Assembly (NCBI GenBank): GCA_013416795.1
Contig: RQSC01000032.1
Span: 853,566-913,019, forward strand
Direction of reading: 5' to 3'
DNA from: Prasinococcaceae sp. CCMP 1430
Taxonomy: Eukaryota > Plantae > Prasinodermophyta
DNA: 59,454 bases
Below, piece after piece: positions 33,066-43,999 of the stretch. Positions within the stretch are counted from its first letter, which is position 1; the number at the start of each line of letters is the position of its first letter. The translations under genes and the position numbers were made by a program. The notes beneath the pieces were generated by a model. It was not told the DNA's origin. It was given only the letters and a program-made list of their open reading frames with translations, and ran no database searches.

Positions 33066-33723
33066 TCACCGACACTTCTTGTCCTCGTCATCGCCCCTCA
33101 AGGGGTACGCACTGCTGGCGGCGGCCGCGCGGCTGCAGTCGGATCCGCGACGCGGCATTGCGCGGAGAGCGCGTCGCAGCGACAGGGCACACGCACGCGA
33201 GCGTTAGCGCGTCGCACAGGGCACGAGCACCGTGCGCGCGTGCACCCACGCGCTTGCAGGTTCGGCCACGTACCTGATGGGCGCCTGTGGCCACCGCCGC
33301 GGCGCAGTTGGCGGCAGCAATGCAATCGCCATCGTCACTACGCGGGCCACCGCAGCGACGACGGCCTTCACCAGCAAAACGATTTTGCCAGCGACCCAGA
33401 CGAGCATCTTGAGCAAAGCCATCGCCGCAGCCGCCTTCTTCGGCTGCCGGTAGCGCTCCTTGCGCCGCGCACGGGCACGGGCCTGCTGATGCTGGTATGC
33501 ATCGATGTCGTCGATCGAGATCTCACGTGTCTGCGCCAGGCAGGCAGGGGCACGCATGCGTGCATTACGTCAGCGGGCGTTCGAGCAGGAGAACGCGAAC
33601 GCCGGCAGCGCTGCTGGCGCCGCAGGCACGCGCGCGCGCGCGCACCTCTCCTGTGTCGGGATGCTTGAAGCGGACCACGCGCGTGGGATCGGCCGGCGTG
33701 CGCGCCGCGACGAGCCTCTCCAT
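33066..33723 (-). CDS. Small 133-aa predicted membrane protein; exons 33723-33646, 33530-33274, 33132-33066
   Basis: ATG, GTGCGC...CAG and GTACGT...CAG introns with consistent phases (0, 2), exon total 402 nt ending in TGA; hydrophobic LLKMLVWVAGKIVLLVKAVVAAVARVV. Confidence 0.65.
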
Positions 33724-34104
33724 GGGGGGCAACGGCCCGCGGCGGAGCACGCGCCCTCCCCCCCCGCGTGCCTCGCGGCGCCTCGCACGCGTGCTCGCAG
33801 GCGCGCGCTGTGGCACCCGCCGCCCGCCGCCTGCGTGAGCGCTGCGGGAGGGCGCGCTGCCACGCCCGCTGAGCCGCGCCGGTGTGCCGCATGCCGCTGC
33901 GCTCACCCTTCAGTAATCCCCAAGCGCGGAATTCGAGCGCGCACGCGCGCTTGCGTCCTCGGGGAACGGCGCGGCTGGCTGGGGGGCGCAGGAGGACGTC
34001 GTGTGCTTGCGGATGGGTGGGGTGGGGTGGGGTAGGTGACGGCACAGCGCGCGCGGGAGCGCGCCCCGGGCGCCTCGGGAGAGCCCCCCCCCGGGCGTCG
34101 CGGC

Positions 34105-36537
34105 ATGCTCGGGAGGCTGCGCAATGTGGTCAACCCGGCGCTCGCTGGCGGCGGCCGCGGGCCGGGCGGCAGCGCGCACGGCGGCGGCGCGTACAGCGGC
34201 AGCGCCGAGGCGCGCTGGCAGGCGTTCGTCAACGACTGCAAGAGCGCGTCGGCTTACTACGCGCAGGGCGGTGCCGCAGGGGGTGAAGTGAAGGCGAATG
34301 CGGCGGCCATCGCGTTCGCCCGCGTCGTCGACGCACTGCTCACAGAGTCAGAGGCGGCCGCTGCGCGCGACGAGGCGTTCCTTATCGGAAAACTCCTGGA
34401 GGCGTTCCTCGAGCGCAAGGTCATGGAGGCAGTCTGCCTGGGAGTCATGAGCTGCTCTGCGCTTGGCCTCGGCAGCGGGCGCTGCACGCCCGCCGCAGCC
34501 GCCTCAGCGCTGTCCGCGATGTCCCGCCTGGTTGGGCGCTCCGACGCCGACGCGTTGTTGCCCCACAACGCCGTGCACAGGCCGCTCGCGCTGCTTCTGG
34601 AGCGATCGGGCCAGCTCGGGGACAGCGTGGCGGCGGTGGCGCGCGCAGCGAAGGCTTCAACAGGTGCGGATGCCACGGTCGCCTTCGCTCCGTGCGAGGA
34701 GCTCATCGCACTCACCAACGCGTGCGCGTCCAAGCTCATCCAGGCGCCGCACCTGAACGTGGCGTTCGGCGGCACTGAGCGCGCGCACTCGATGATGCTC
34801 GACGTGCTCGTCCCGTTTCTGTCCCTCGACGGCGAGGCTGGGGACAACGCACGCACCGGCCTCATGCGCTGCCTGCAAGCGGTCGTGCACGAGGGCGTTG
34901 CCTGCGTGGGTGCGGCCCCGCGTGTGAGCGCCGCGCTTGCGAAGGCGCTCGAGGCAGCCGTCGCAGAAGCCGCGACGCACGCGGAGCGCGCACCGCAGGG
35001 CGTGCGTTGCAACCACCTCGATATGAGTGAGCTCGAGGAGAGATGGGAGTACATCATCATGGTCACGCAGGTGACTGGCGGCGGGCAGCTCGAGGCCGTC
35101 ACAGGGAATGACTCCGACGGGTCGAGCGCAGGGCCCGCCTCGCTCGAGCTGGCCCTGGCGTTGTCCGACGCGCTGTCGTCGCGGCTGGTATCCGTGTGCA
35201 GCAGCCTCGGTGCAGGCGCGTCCTCCCGGAGCGCGAGCTGGCGGCGCGGCGCACTCGAAGCCTTTCGCCGGCTGGTGGTGGCAGCGTGCGCACGTGGCGC
35301 GAGAATGCTAGGTAGCACGCTCGTAGAGCGCCTCGCCGGCAGCGAGGACGCGCGCGTGGCGCTCGCAAGCTGCCTGCGCGCGGAGGCGGGCGATGGCAGA
35401 GACAGCGGGTCTGACGGTGCCGATACTGAAGGAGCTGTGGCACTGGCAGCCGCGCGGCTCGTAGAAGCACTCTGCTCGGCAGCAGCGGTGTTCGATCTGC
35501 CCGCAGCTGAGAGGTCCATCGCCGTTGGCGAGGGCGTGACTCCAGCTTCGGGAGCCAAGGAGTCGAGGGCGGGTGCAGACGATGCGAGTGACGGACGACC
35601 GCACGCGCCAGAGCGTCCGCTGTCGTCGCTTGTTGACTGGTGGGGGGAGGGCCCGGCCTGGACCGCCTGTCGACCTGATGACTCCCCCGACGCTGGTTCG
35701 GGCGGGGGCGATTGCGCGAGCGGGAATGGTGGCAATGATGAGGCCATTGCGTTCGTGTCACCGGCAGGTACGACGCAGGTGCGCCTGCCCGCGCTGGCTG
35801 GCTCGTTCGCATCCGCAGTTTTTGGCTTCCATGCCAGCTCGGCTCGGGCTGAAGCCGCAGCACCTGCGGGTAGCGCCACGGCGCTCGTAGCGCGGCTTGG
35901 CGTAGACGCGGCTGTCGAGGGCGATGACCCGGCGTCGACGTGCTCCGGCATCCCGATGTCTAGCGGGCAGGCGGACGCGCGCGAGGCCTACGCTGCGTAC
36001 CTCGCGGACGCACGCGACGCGCTGCGGCGGAGAGCAATTGCCGCGCGCACAAAGCGCTGTCGGGTGACCGACAGCGGCGTGCGCTCTGGCACTTCCGCCC
36101 CGGCACTGTCCACCACCTCGGCCTGTTCGGAGCTCTTCACCGCCGTTTCAGCTCGGCTTGCCAGCGCGCTCACCAACGAGCCGGCGCTTAATGCGGCACT
36201 CACCGCGGCGGTGGCCAGTCTGGCGACCTCGCTCGACGCGAGTGTGCACGTCGCCGTGCTTGGTGCGCGCTCGCCTGTCCTGGAAGCGCTGGTAGCTGCC
36301 GCCAGCTGTGCGTCGGAAACAGCCGGCAAGGTGGGCGCCAGGGAGTGGGCCTTGCGTGTGGAGGCCTGTGAGAGCGCGATGGGGGGTGGCGGCGGCGGTG
36401 CGCAATTCGCACGTGACGCCGAGCAGCGCATGGCAGCGGGGACGGTCGTCGTCAAGCACGCGTGCCTCGAGCTGCAGGCAACCGCTGCGGCCAAGGCCGT
36501 GCTCATGACGCTCGATGCCGCGTGCCGGTCGGCCTGA
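34105..36537 (+). CDS. FAM160/FHIP (RAI16-like) family protein
   Basis: LLEAFLERKVME, LLPHNAVHRPLALLL and C-terminal NEPALNAALTAAVASLA resemble FAM160 conserved blocks; TGTAA at 36539. Confidence 0.6.
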   Translation: MLGRLRNVVNPALAGGGRGPGGSAHGGGAYSGSAEARWQAFVNDCKSASAYYAQGGAAGGEVKANAAAIAFARVVDALLTESEAAAARDEAFLIGKLLEAFLERKVMEAVCLGVMSCSALGLGSGRCTPAAAASALSAMSRLVGRSDADALLPHNAVHRPLALLLERSGQLGDSVAAVARAAKASTGADATVAFAPCEELIALTNACASKLIQAPHLNVAFGGTERAHSMMLDVLVPFLSLDGEAGDNARTGLMRCLQAVVHEGVACVGAAPRVSAALAKALEAAVAEAATHAERAPQGVRCNHLDMSELEERWEYIIMVTQVTGGGQLEAVTGNDSDGSSAGPASLELALALSDALSSRLVSVCSSLGAGASSRSASWRRGALEAFRRLVVAACARGARMLGSTLVERLAGSEDARVALASCLRAEAGDGRDSGSDGADTEGAVALAAARLVEALCSAAAVFDLPAAERSIAVGEGVTPASGAKESRAGADDASDGRPHAPERPLSSLVDWWGEGPAWTACRPDDSPDAGSGGGDCASGNGGNDEAIAFVSPAGTTQVRLPALAGSFASAVFGFHASSARAEAAAPAGSATALVARLGVDAAVEGDDPASTCSGIPMSSGQADAREAYAAYLADARDALRRRAIAARTKRCRVTDSGVRSGTSAPALSTTSACSELFTAVSARLASALTNEPALNAALTAAVASLATSLDASVHVAVLGARSPVLEALVAAASCASETAGKVGAREWALRVEACESAMGGGGGGAQFARDAEQRMAAGTVVVKHACLELQATAAAKAVLMTLDAACRSA

Positions 36538-36610
36538 TTGTAAATACCTGTGATTTGTACTTTCATGTGAGTGCTCTAAACTATTGCGTGGACCCGAGGG
36601 GTAGGCCCAC

Positions 36611-37998
36611 TCAGGCGATCCGCGGGCGTCGTAGGCCGACCGCCGCGGCAGTCTCGCTGACCGTGACCAGCCCGCCGCCGCCCCCACACAGGCGAATCGC
36701 CGCACCGGCCAGTGCCGCGACCACCACCCGCAGATCGGACCGAGGGATGTCGGGGGAGACGAGCCTCACAAGGCGTACGAGCCCTGCGGCATCAACGCCT
36801 CCTGCGCTCTCGAGCAGCTTCTGTGCACGCGCTGCGCCGTCCGTGTTTGTTGCTGCAGCGTGCCGCAGGCGCCTGAGGGCCAGCAGCAGCGTTCGCACAT
36901 GCGAGCGGCCGCCATCGGCCGCGTGAGCGCCAGCGGCGTGCGCGGCCGCACAAGCCTCCACCTGCGTGCCGAGCGAGGACAGACCGAGAGCGCGTGCGAG
37001 CGCACTGGTCGCATCCTGCGTCTCACTCGCAAGCATCATCGCGATGAAGTATGCCTGCGAGGAGTCGTCCGCGTCGGGCACGGCCGCGAGAAGCATGCGG
37101 CGAAGTGTTCCTGCATCGGCCTCGTGCGCCTTGGTGGCACCGCAGCGGAGCGCAAGTGTGGCCAGCTCGCGCTTTGTCTCCGCCGCAAACTCGAGCACCG
37201 CTGTGAAAGGGTCGCCCCCAGAGACGCGCGGAGGCGCGCTTTCGCCGCCCGCGTCAAGCTCGCCCGCGAGCACGAGATGCGCGGCGCTTGTCTCCACGCT
37301 GCGCCTCGTTGCGGCATCATCGCCGGAGCCGGCGGTCGAGCCAATCACCGCGTATACGCGGCGCGTGTCGGCATCCACCGCCAGCAGGGCGCTGCCATAC
37401 ACGCGCTCCAGATCCCACGCCCTCGCACTGGCCAGCGCGGCCGCGGCTGCTCTGCTGCCCGTGCCCTGCTTGCTGCGCTTGGCGCACTTGACCGGCAGCG
37501 CCGCGGCCGCCGCGGCGCGATCGCGCGCCTCGGACTGCTCGGCGGTCATGTTGAGGTACGCGCCACCGCCGAGGGTCACACTGGAGCGGTACAGTGCCGC
37601 CTGCCGTACGCGCGTGCGCGCTCTCGCTGTCAGCGCCGGCGCGCGGGACCGCCACGGGGGGGCGCGAGCGCGAGCCAACGAGCACCCGGTGGCTACGCGT
37701 CGGCAGGCGCCCGGCCGCTCACCTTATGGTCGTGCTCGCGCTGCGCGGCATCGTCCGTAGCCCCAAGGCCGCCGGTCTCACCCCGCGCCTCGGCATCCCG
37801 CCAGTACGCCTCCACGGCCGCCGTCGCCTGGCGCGAGGCGAGCGTCGCCCGCAGCGCGTCGCCTCCCTCGGCGATGGCGGCGAGCGCCCCGCGGTCCGTC
37901 TCCCTGCCGGGCACGTCGCACTTCCAGTCGCCGCGCACGTTGTCGCCGTATATCGCCGCCGCGCCGTGCGCCGACGGGCGCCACCCCGGCCTCCCCAT
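36611..37998 (-). CDS. Hypothetical protein, 2 exons (intron 37601-37722)
   Basis: Exon 1 is 276 nt and exon 2 is 990 nt; GTGAGC donor and CAG acceptor in phase 0. Confidence 0.7.
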
Positions 37999-38480
37999 CC
38001 CCGCCCCGCGCTCCCTCCCTCCCCACCCACCCACTCGCGCACACACCCGCGCGACCGCGCACGCGCAGTGCCACGCACCGCACCGCACCGCACCGCACCG
38101 CACGCGCGCGCGCATTTGAAAAAAAAAAATGTGGACACCCCAACAAAACAAGCAAAGACCAACCGCCTTTTTTTTCCCCCAACTGTCGGTTGGTTTGCGT
38201 TCGTGCGAACGCCAGCCAGCGCTGAAGACACCCGTCTCGTTTTCCTCGCGTTCCGGTCAAAACGAAAAAAAAAAAAGTGCGAGCTCGGCGCGTCGCGTCT
38301 TAAGAGGGGGGATGGCCACATCCAGCTCGCCGCGATCCCGGCGGCCGTCGCGGGGCGCTTCGCGGCCCGCTCGCCCAGCAACACATGGCGCCGCCGCAAG
38401 ACGCCGCGCCGCGCCGCGACAAGCCAGCCAGCCAGGGGGGGGGGGGAGGGAAGGAAGGGGGCGCGCTCGGTCGACGGCGT

Positions 38481-38677
38481 TTCGCGTTGATTTTGGCCTT
38501 GTTGTGGCATCGCGGCCGCCTGGACTAAAAAAACTTGGTATCGCGCGGCCTGTTCCCCCGCCGGGCCGGCCCGCCATCGATAGCGATTCGCGTTGATTTC
38601 GGCCTCGTTGTGTCACCGCGGCCGCCCGGACTAAAAAACTTGGTATCGCGCGGCGTGTTCCCGCGCCGGGGCCGGCT
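38481..38677. repeat. Imperfect direct duplication, ~90-bp copies with 106-bp period, in divergent intergenic region
   Basis: ttcgcgttgatt.ggcct.gttgtg...cgcggccgcc.ggactaaaaaa(a)cttggtatcgcgcggc.tgttccc at 38481 and 38587. Confidence 0.9.
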
Positions 38678-39078
38678 TCCGGGGGGGCTGTTTTTTTTTC
38701 CCAGCGGATGACCCGCGTGTGGCTGCCATTTCATCGCGCTCGCGCGCGCGCGCGCGCGCGCGTTTGAGGTCTCGTCGCGGCAGGGTCTGAGAGAGCCCGC
38801 GCGCCACTATGATTTACGTAGACGCAGAAGCTCGATCAAAGCTCATGTGAAAAAGTGATTTCACTCGGAAGTGTTTGGCAGAAATTGCGGGCGAAAATGC
38901 GGCGCCGCGAATGCGCATTGATGTGAGATCCAGCCACCGAAAAAACCGCGCGGTTTCATTTTTTTTTTTGTGCTCCGGGCGGGGTGGCGCGGCGCGGGAG
39001 CGGGACGGGCGACGGGTTAGGGTTACGGGAAAGACGCGCGCGCGCGCGCGCGTGGCGCGCGTGGCGGGCGCGCGCGCG

Positions 39079-39168
39079 NNNNNNNNNNNNNNNNNNNNNN
39101 NNNNNNNNNNNNNNNNNNNNNNNNNNNNNNNNNNNNNNNNNNNNNNNNNNNNNNNNNNNNNNNNNNNN
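39079..39168. other. Assembly gap (90 N)
   Basis: N run. Confidence 0.99.
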
Positions 39169-40425
39169 GCGCTGCTGCCGCTCGCGGCGCGCCCGTCGGC
39201 GCCGGGGGCGCAGATGCCCCACGGCGCCCTCGCCGCGCCCCCTGTGCTTCGTGCGGCGGCGCAGGCGCTCCGCGCGGCAGCGACAGCCGCAGCGGCACGG
39301 AAAACGCCGGTGGACGCGCTGCTTGTATCCCTGGACGCCCAGACGCGCCTGCTCAAGGACCTCGGCGAGCCCGGGGGACGGCGCGAGCGCTGGCGCTCGC
39401 ATCGCACGTACGCGGACGTGGTGAATCACGACCCCCTCTCGCACGCCGAGGCGCAGATAGCACTCAACACCTTCCACGGGCTGCGCATAAAGGATGCCAT
39501 GCGGCACACACATGTGGGGGGGGGCGGCGGCGGCGGCGGCGACGCGAAAGTGGAGCCGGCGCGTGGGCTGGAGGCGGTGCGGCAAGCGGAGCGGCGCAAG
39601 GAGTTCCTCGTGGCACGTGAAAACTCGGACTGGCGGCGGTGCGAACACCTGGTGCGCGTGTGGGAGGCATGTGACGAGGACGCCACGCGCGCGGCGGAAC
39701 GTGACATTCTGCTCGCGCTGGAGGAATCGTACACGCTGCGGCAGGCGGGCGACAGCGCGGGGCACGAGGCGGCGCTCGTGCGCGCGTACCACAAGATGCT
39801 CGAGCCAAACGTGGTCATCGCGCCCGACAAGCTCGTCCGGGTCGTCAGCACGCTCGCGAGCAACCCACGCACGTTCGAGATGGCCCTGTGTGCGCTCTGG
39901 AACTGGGAGGCGCGAATGCCACACATCGCGCCGCGCTCGATGCGGCTCTTCGACGCGCGCACGGTGCCTGCGGGCGTGAATGGCCTCGAGGCGCTGGCCG
40001 ACGCGCTCGTGTGCGGAGCCATGGACGCTGCGCGTGACGCCGCCAAGACCTCGCGCGCCGCGGCAGCCGCGCACTCCACGCGGGCCATCGAAATCGCGCA
40101 CGCGCTGGCCGAGGTCGGCTCACGCGTGTCGCCGGCGACGCTGGACAAGGTGGGCGAACGTGCGTGCCAGTACGCCGCGCCGCACAGGGAGCAGCTGGCG
40201 CGCGCCCTGGAGCGCTTAGACGCGGCGAAGATGGTGCTGCTGGGCGTCCCCAGAGGCAGTGCTGATGCACAGGCAGAGAGCGCCGCAGGCACGGCCAGCG
40301 ACGAGCTGGCGGTCGCGGCGTCGGCCAGCGACAAACCGCAGGAGAAGACGAGCGTGCGGGTCGTGGCTCGCGGCAGCGGGAAGGACGGCGACGCGGCAGC
40401 TACCTCGTCGCCCGACCACTTGTGA
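39169..40425 (+). CDS. Hypothetical helical protein (first ATG 39214; 5' end may lie in gap)
   Basis: Continuous protein-like ORF after the gap; TGTAA at 40506. Confidence 0.7.
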   Translation, partial: ALLPLAARPSAPGAQMPHGALAAPPVLRAAAQALRAAATAAAARKTPVDALLVSLDAQTRLLKDLGEPGGRRERWRSHRTYADVVNHDPLSHAEAQIALNTFHGLRIKDAMRHTHVGGGGGGGGDAKVEPARGLEAVRQAERRKEFLVARENSDWRRCEHLVRVWEACDEDATRAAERDILLALEESYTLRQAGDSAGHEAALVRAYHKMLEPNVVIAPDKLVRVVSTLASNPRTFEMALCALWNWEARMPHIAPRSMRLFDARTVPAGVNGLEALADALVCGAMDAARDAAKTSRAAAAAHSTRAIEIAHALAEVGSRVSPATLDKVGERACQYAAPHREQLARALERLDAAKMVLLGVPRGSADAQAESAAGTASDELAVAASASDKPQEKTSVRVVARGSGKDGDAAATSSPDHL

Positions 40426-40562
40426 TCGGCGCCCCGCGGCGTCGGCGGCGCCAAACAGAAGGTGGTGGGCGAGCCCGCTTCTTATTATGATGAGATTTGC
40501 CCCGATGTAAATTCTGAGTAATTTGTGCACATTGTGTTGTGAGAATCTCCGGCGCAGGTGCC

Positions 40563-43448
40563 TCAGCGGTCGTCCGCACCGCTGTCGAGCTCGGACACAC
40601 GCGCCTCGTTCTGGCGCCGCTGCGTCTCGTCCTCCGCGCCCGAGTAGGAGCGCCGCAGCCGCCGCAATTCCTGCGAGCGCCTGGGGCTTTTGTTAGCACT
40701 GCTTGGGACGCCAGGGGGAGCTCTCCTGCTTCGCTGCTGCTCGCGGTATTGCTGCGCCTCCTCGGTGGCCTGCAGCAGCTCGCGCACCATGGCCTTCATC
40801 TCCTCCGTCTCCTCTTTTTGCCGCTCGGACTTGCGGCGCAGCTCCTCGTTGGCGTTGCGGAGGCGCGCGATCTCCGCGGCGGAGTTCACGTCAGCGCCGT
40901 CGCCGCCGTCAGCGCTGAGGCCGCCGAAGATGCCTTCCACGCGCTCCACGCGCTGCCCCAGGCGATAGTTCTCCTCCGCGAGGCCGTGGTGATCCAATTC
41001 GAGCAGCCGCTTGGAGCCGCGCAGCTCCTCAACCTCAGTGCTCAGCCGGGAGTTCTCCAGAGCGTACGCGCGCAGCAAATCCGACAATTCGCTGCCCGTG
41101 TTGCGCGGGTCGAGAAGGTCGGCCGCGCTCATGGAGGCATACTGGAGTTTCTGGGGTTCCATTTGCTGCTGCTCCTGCCGTTCGTTCTGCCACGTGGCGC
41201 TGACTCCTTGTTGGTGGGGCGCACTCAGCGATTCGCGCGCGTTGCCCCGCGACGAGGCGGGCGCTCCCAAGCCCTCCCGTCCTCCCTCGGCAAAGCGGCT
41301 GGCAGCACTAGCAGTATCACTGCGCCGCCTCGCCCTGCCCCTGCTGCTTCCATTCCGATGCTCCGCAGCGCCGCCCGCGTCCGACGGCGGGGTGGACGGA
41401 AGCGGTGGTAGGCTGCGCGCGGGATGGGCGCCCGCAGGTGACTGCGAGCGCGCATGAGGCTCATCCCCGTGTAGGCCATGCGCGCTCTGTCGCCCTCCTG
41501 CTGCTTGGGTACCGGCACCAACCTGCTTGCGCAACACAGCGTTCTCCTTGCGCAGCAGCTGAATCTCTTTCCTGAGGCTCTGTATGAGGCTCTCGTTGGG
41601 ATCGAGTTGCACAGTCGGAGTGTTGGTGATATTCGCCGCGCGCATCGCGTAGCTCAGCGTCGAAATTGTCTCCTCTGCGTGCGAGCGCAGCGGCGACACG
41701 CATGCGAGCATGAGCGCGAGACTTGTGCCGCCCAGCGAGTCCTGCAGCAGCTTGGTGAGTACGGAATCGCGATAAGGCACGTGCGCGTCGCTGCGGTGGT
41801 CATTGCCCCGAACGCTGCCAGGCGTGCCACCGGAGGGTTCGCGGGGCTCTCCCAGCGTGGCAATGACCCTGCCCAATGTGAAAAGGCTGCGATTGATGGC
41901 CGCAGTCTCTTCCTGGTTGACACCTGAGCTCTTAGACGACTTGAGGCGCTCCGATCCGGCAAGGTCGACGAATGTCACCTTGCCAAGGCGCGTCGGTGCG
42001 GTGGCCCCCGCGCTGCGTTTGCCCGCAGCGCCGCCGCCGCCGCCTGCATTGTTCAGCGGGGTGCTGTCGATGTGGACGGTGAGCATTGAGTGCGATCTGC
42101 TTGAGTCCGCGTTGAGCAGGTGCGACGCCACATGCCGCCTCTGGTTGCCCAAGCGCACGACGCTCAGCGCATCGACGACCGTGCGACACGGCACGCTCGT
42201 CTGGGCTGGCACGCTGAAGCCGCGGCCCTTTTCCCACCGAACGGGCAGCGCGACGGGAGCCACCTCCTCGAGCGCGGCGGGTGTGGTATTCGTGGCGACA
42301 TCGTCGCGCAGAAGGTCGTAGCAACGCTCCTGGTATATTTCGAGGTAGCATACGCGCACGGAGTAGCGCACGCTGTCGTCCGCATCCATCATGTCGAACA
42401 GCGCGCGCAGCGAGCGCAGGATGACCCCGTCATCCTCGCGCTCCTTGGTGCTCGCCGCGTAGCCGCGCAGAGTCGAGGAGCCGGTGCCCCCACCGTTCTC
42501 CCTGCTCGCGAGGAGCTCCTCAGTCCCCGACAGCGAGTACGTTTTGCCGGACCCCGTCTGGCCGTAGGCGAAGATGGTCGAACTGTACCCGTCGAGCGCG
42601 CTGCGCAGCATGCGCTTGATGCCCGCGGTGGCGTACAATTCGCGCTGTGTGCAGTCGGGCCCTAGGCATCGCAGCTTGTACATGCGGCGGTTGTTGCCCC
42701 CGCCCGTCTGCGCGAGCGCCTGCGTCTCGTCCAGGCTCTGCGTGCGGCCGAGCGTCCCGCTCCCAACGTCTCGGCCCTCCACTTCGAGCGCCCGCCCGTC
42801 GGGCTCGGTGAAGACCGCTTGGCACTCGCCGCGCGCGAGCTCGGCGGCGCTCAGCGGGCGCACGCGCACCATCACCTGCACGGTTGAGTCCTGTTCGAGG
42901 AGCTGCTCGGTCGCTTCCTCCTTGGCCTGCTGCCCACCGATCGCTGCCACCCCGAGGTCGCCGCCCGCACCTCCCACCGCGCCGAGCGGTGAGGGCGCGC
43001 GCTTGAGCATGGTGGCGAGCCTCGCGTCCCCCAGCGCAGAGTGGCGCCCTCCCGACACAAGCGGGTCGAGCATCGGCGAGTGAGGGCGCGACCCGGTCGC
43101 ACCGAACGAGCCCTGCGCCGACAGCGCATGCGGCGGCAGCAAGTGCGATGACGGAAGCCTGCTGGTGCTCGCATGCGCATGGGCATACGAGTCGCCGCCA
43201 AACAGCGTGCGCCTCGCCGCACCGCCGCTAGAGCCTGCGGTGCTCGCTCGCGATGTGGCCATGCCGTACTGATATTCGTCCTCGCCCAGCAGCTCGCCGA
43301 AGTCGGATTGGTCGGTGACGAGCGTCGACGATGGCCTGCTCTGCGGCGACGGTGCGCGCGCGCCCACGAGCGGGCTCGTCTGTCCGCGAGCGGGCGCACG
43401 CGGCGCTGGCTGCGGCTCTGCCTGTGGAGGCTGCCGCTGCAGTCTCAT
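40563..43448 (-). CDS. Kinesin motor protein, KIF12/kinesin-16-like, with C-terminal coiled coil
   Basis: VMVRVRP, FAYGQTGSGKT, YLEIYQE, NADSSRSH, VDLAGSER, HVPYRDSVLTKLLQDSLGG; LPVRWEKGRGF resembles KIF12. Confidence 0.93.
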   Translation of the reverse strand: MRLQRQPPQAEPQPAPRAPARGQTSPLVGARAPSPQSRPSSTLVTDQSDFGELLGEDEYQYGMATSRASTAGSSGGAARRTLFGGDSYAHAHASTSRLPSSHLLPPHALSAQGSFGATGSRPHSPMLDPLVSGGRHSALGDARLATMLKRAPSPLGAVGGAGGDLGVAAIGGQQAKEEATEQLLEQDSTVQVMVRVRPLSAAELARGECQAVFTEPDGRALEVEGRDVGSGTLGRTQSLDETQALAQTGGGNNRRMYKLRCLGPDCTQRELYATAGIKRMLRSALDGYSSTIFAYGQTGSGKTYSLSGTEELLASRENGGGTGSSTLRGYAASTKEREDDGVILRSLRALFDMMDADDSVRYSVRVCYLEIYQERCYDLLRDDVATNTTPAALEEVAPVALPVRWEKGRGFSVPAQTSVPCRTVVDALSVVRLGNQRRHVASHLLNADSSRSHSMLTVHIDSTPLNNAGGGGGAAGKRSAGATAPTRLGKVTFVDLAGSERLKSSKSSGVNQEETAAINRSLFTLGRVIATLGEPREPSGGTPGSVRGNDHRSDAHVPYRDSVLTKLLQDSLGGTSLALMLACVSPLRSHAEETISTLSYAMRAANITNTPTVQLDPNESLIQSLRKEIQLLRKENAVLRKQVGAGTQAAGGRQSAHGLHGDEPHARSQSPAGAHPARSLPPLPSTPPSDAGGAAEHRNGSSRGRARRRSDTASAASRFAEGGREGLGAPASSRGNARESLSAPHQQGVSATWQNERQEQQQMEPQKLQYASMSAADLLDPRNTGSELSDLLRAYALENSRLSTEVEELRGSKRLLELDHHGLAEENYRLGQRVERVEGIFGGLSADGGDGADVNSAAEIARLRNANEELRRKSERQKEETEEMKAMVRELLQATEEAQQYREQQRSRRAPPGVPSSANKSPRRSQELRRLRRSYSGAEDETQRRQNEARVSELDSGADDR

Positions 43449-43999
43449 CTGCTGCTGCTGCTGCTGCTGCTGCGGCCGCCGCCTCGCGCCGAGAGGATCG
43501 GCAGCCTCGAGCACTCGAGCCGGCGCGGAATGCCATGCCGCCGCTTCGATCACGGACCTCGCGGCGGGCAGCCCGCCTGTTTGCGTCGGCCGCCGCTGGC
43601 GACGCTGCGCGCCCTCTTCCGCCGGCGCGTCCGCCGCCGCCGCCGTTTTTTTGCCTCGCTTTACCGCGCCGCCCCCGCGCCCGCCCCGGGGGCGCGCCCG
43701 GCCCCGGGACGCAAACGGGGACGCGGCTTCGGTCGGTTCGGGGTGGGACGGTCGCGGAGGATGTTTCGAAAGGAATGACCCGAGGTACGGGAAGTTTAGG
43801 GTTAACCCTGTTGGTACTGTACATACGTACGTACATAGTGACTAGACTAGTGGACTAATGTACGTACTGTAGTGACTACAGTATATCAAAAGGGATTTGT
43901 TTTTTTTGGTTTTTAATGGACCGAGTGATGGTCGATTTCATTTCTTTTTTCGGCGCGCCGAAGGCCCGCCCTTTTTGATGTGTCCTTGTTATTTATTAG

